A DNA stretch of 34,819 nucleotides from a virus (Duplodnaviria; Caudoviricetes), in the IMG/VR virus record IMGVR_UViG_3300005077_000063, positions 1 through 34,819 of that record. One strand, written 5' to 3'. The stretch's first letter is position 1. Every line of letters begins with the position of its first letter. This document shows, piece after piece, positions 33,443 through 34,819 of the stretch. The notes under the pieces were generated by a model that did not search any database, was not told the origin of the DNA, and saw nothing but the letters and a program-made list of their open reading frames with translations. The translations under genes and the position numbers were made by a program.

Positions 33443-34819
33443 AAAATTGAATAAAGTATTTGGAAAAGGAACTGTCAACACGATTGAATCAGACATCATC
33501 GAAAGGGGAGCAGCCTCCGCTTCTGAGAATTTCATAACCGAGCTTGACCACATCGAGCTTGTGAGGGGGCGGAAGCTGATTGGAGAAAACGAAAGCGGGA
33601 ATGACCCGGTCCTGGGGCTTCATACCGCCTATAAAGCTGACGGCACGGAAATTCTTTTAAGGAAAATCGGCACCACCCTTCAATACTACGACGATGACAC
33701 CGAGGCCTGGGTTGACATCGAAACCGACCTCACGGACGGCGAGGAGCTTTCCTTTGCCAATTCCTTTACCCCCGCAGGCCGGCAAGTCTGGATGTGCGGG
33801 GAGGACGGCCTCTTCAAACTCTACCCCTCAAGCCCTCTTTCCATAATCAACCATACCGACGCAACCAAGAATTACAAGGGAAAAATCAGGATAGAAAAGT
33901 CCAGGATGATTCTTTGGGGAAGGGAAGACGACCCGACCGGCCTATATTTCTCGAAAGTAGACAAAGACAGCAATTACACAAGCGTGTCCGCCGAGGCCAT
34001 AGGCGCTTTGGGTTCAAAGACATACAGCGGAACCCTAGCCCACGGGGAGATGTTCGGGCTTGTGATTACGGACGGAACCCAGACTGTAAGAGATGACAAG
34101 AATGGAAACTTGACTGGAGACGGAACAGGAACGATAAATTACGCTACTGGGGCCTATTCGGTCACCTTTGACGCTATAACCACGGATGCAGTCACGGCAG
34201 ATTATCTCTACGAAGCCCCAAAAACGAACGGCCTGGCCGACTTCACGTATTCAGCCACCAGATTGGCAAGCGAGGGCAATATCCAGAGGCAGGACGCCAC
34301 CGGAGCGGAAAGCAAATCAGTCATCACTTTTGACGGGGTTTTCTATACCTTGCAAGACAAGGGGGCTTGGAAAGTCTCCATAGACGCCGCCGACCTGGTT
34401 TGGACAAATGAACTTTACAATCTAACCATTGGCATACCCACCTGGAAAGCGGCCATTCCCTTGGCGGACGGCATTCTTTTCGTTGATACCGCCAACTCGG
34501 AAGAGCCTAAGCTGAGAAAGCTTGCCTACAGCCTCTATTCGGACAAAGTGGAAGCTTTTGACCTTTCAGTCAACTTCAAAATGGAAGATTACGTCTTTGA
34601 TCAGGCCGTGCTTTTCAAATTTGGGGATTACGCCCTGATTTCCTGCCGAACTTCTGGAAGCACCGTCAACAATAAGACCATTCTCTACCACCTCTTGAAT
34701 AAGACCTTTGACGTTCTAGACCACGGATACAATTTCTTCACGATTAAAGATGACAAGCTCTATGGCGGAGATAGCTTTTCTCCAAATGTCTTTGAACTCT
34801 TTTCCGGCTGGGATGATGA
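33423..34819 (+). CDS. 5' part of tail stabilisation/nozzle protein (continues at 1-520)
   Basis: ATG at 33423 (MPRVKNEKLNKVFGKGTVNT...), open to the window end; beta-rich. Absent from the ORF track because it has no stop in the window. Confidence 0.75.
   Translation, partial: MPRVKNEKLNKVFGKGTVNTIESDIIERGAASASENFITELDHIELVRGRKLIGENESGNDPVLGLHTAYKADGTEILLRKIGTTLQYYDDDTEAWVDIETDLTDGEELSFANSFTPAGRQVWMCGEDGLFKLYPSSPLSIINHTDATKNYKGKIRIEKSRMILWGREDDPTGLYFSKVDKDSNYTSVSAEAIGALGSKTYSGTLAHGEMFGLVITDGTQTVRDDKNGNLTGDGTGTINYATGAYSVTFDAITTDAVTADYLYEAPKTNGLADFTYSATRLASEGNIQRQDATGAESKSVITFDGVFYTLQDKGAWKVSIDAADLVWTNELYNLTIGIPTWKAAIPLADGILFVDTANSEEPKLRKLAYSLYSDKVEAFDLSVNFKMEDYVFDQAVLFKFGDYALISCRTSGSTVNNKTILYHLLNKTFDVLDHGYNFFTIKDDKLYGGDSFSPNVFELFSGWDD
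34721..34819. repeat. Terminal direct repeat, right copy
   Basis: Identical to 1-99. Confidence 0.97.

Noticed and set aside
34721-34819. 99-bp terminal repeat as a biological direct terminal repeat
   Set aside because: It falls mid-gene and equals a common assembler k-mer length, so it is best read as circular overlap.
1-34819. Stop-codon reassignment, tRNA genes, CRISPR array, integrase/attP
   Set aside because: Genes are full length in the standard code and end in TAA, TAG and TGA. No cloverleaf, repeat-spacer array or recombinase motif was seen by eye.

Overview
This looks like a complete, circularly assembled phage genome of about 34,720 bp. Bases 34721-34819 repeat bases 1-99 exactly, and one ORF reads through the junction. 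The architecture is P22-like short-tailed: terS-terL-portal-scaffold-major capsid-decoration/fibre genes-holin-like genes-papain-like peptidase-adaptor-tail stabilisation protein-fibre-two ejection proteins. An early module carries a Sak4-like ATPase, a PD-(D/E)XK exonuclease, an SSB-like protein, a NinB-like protein and a membrane-anchored lytic transglycosylase. I see no integrase, CI-type repressor, DNA polymerase, helicase or canonical replication initiator. Core genes lack Shine-Dalgarno (SD) sites but use TGnTATAAT promoters, and the gene repertoire suggests a Patescibacteria (CPR)-type host (inference). Four features stand out. (1) Five virion-module proteins carry N-terminal signal peptides or membrane anchors and sit near a cysteine protease. 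(2) An inserted module encodes a replication-relaxation-like nuclease, a VirD4-like coupling ATPase and an apparently dead primase, with its own structured ncRNA. (3) A second set of genes uses strong SD sites, as if tuned for a different ribosome. (4) Several promoter-driven, ORF-free structured RNA candidates are present, one next to a DnaA box. All functional calls come from motif recognition by eye; no database search was run.
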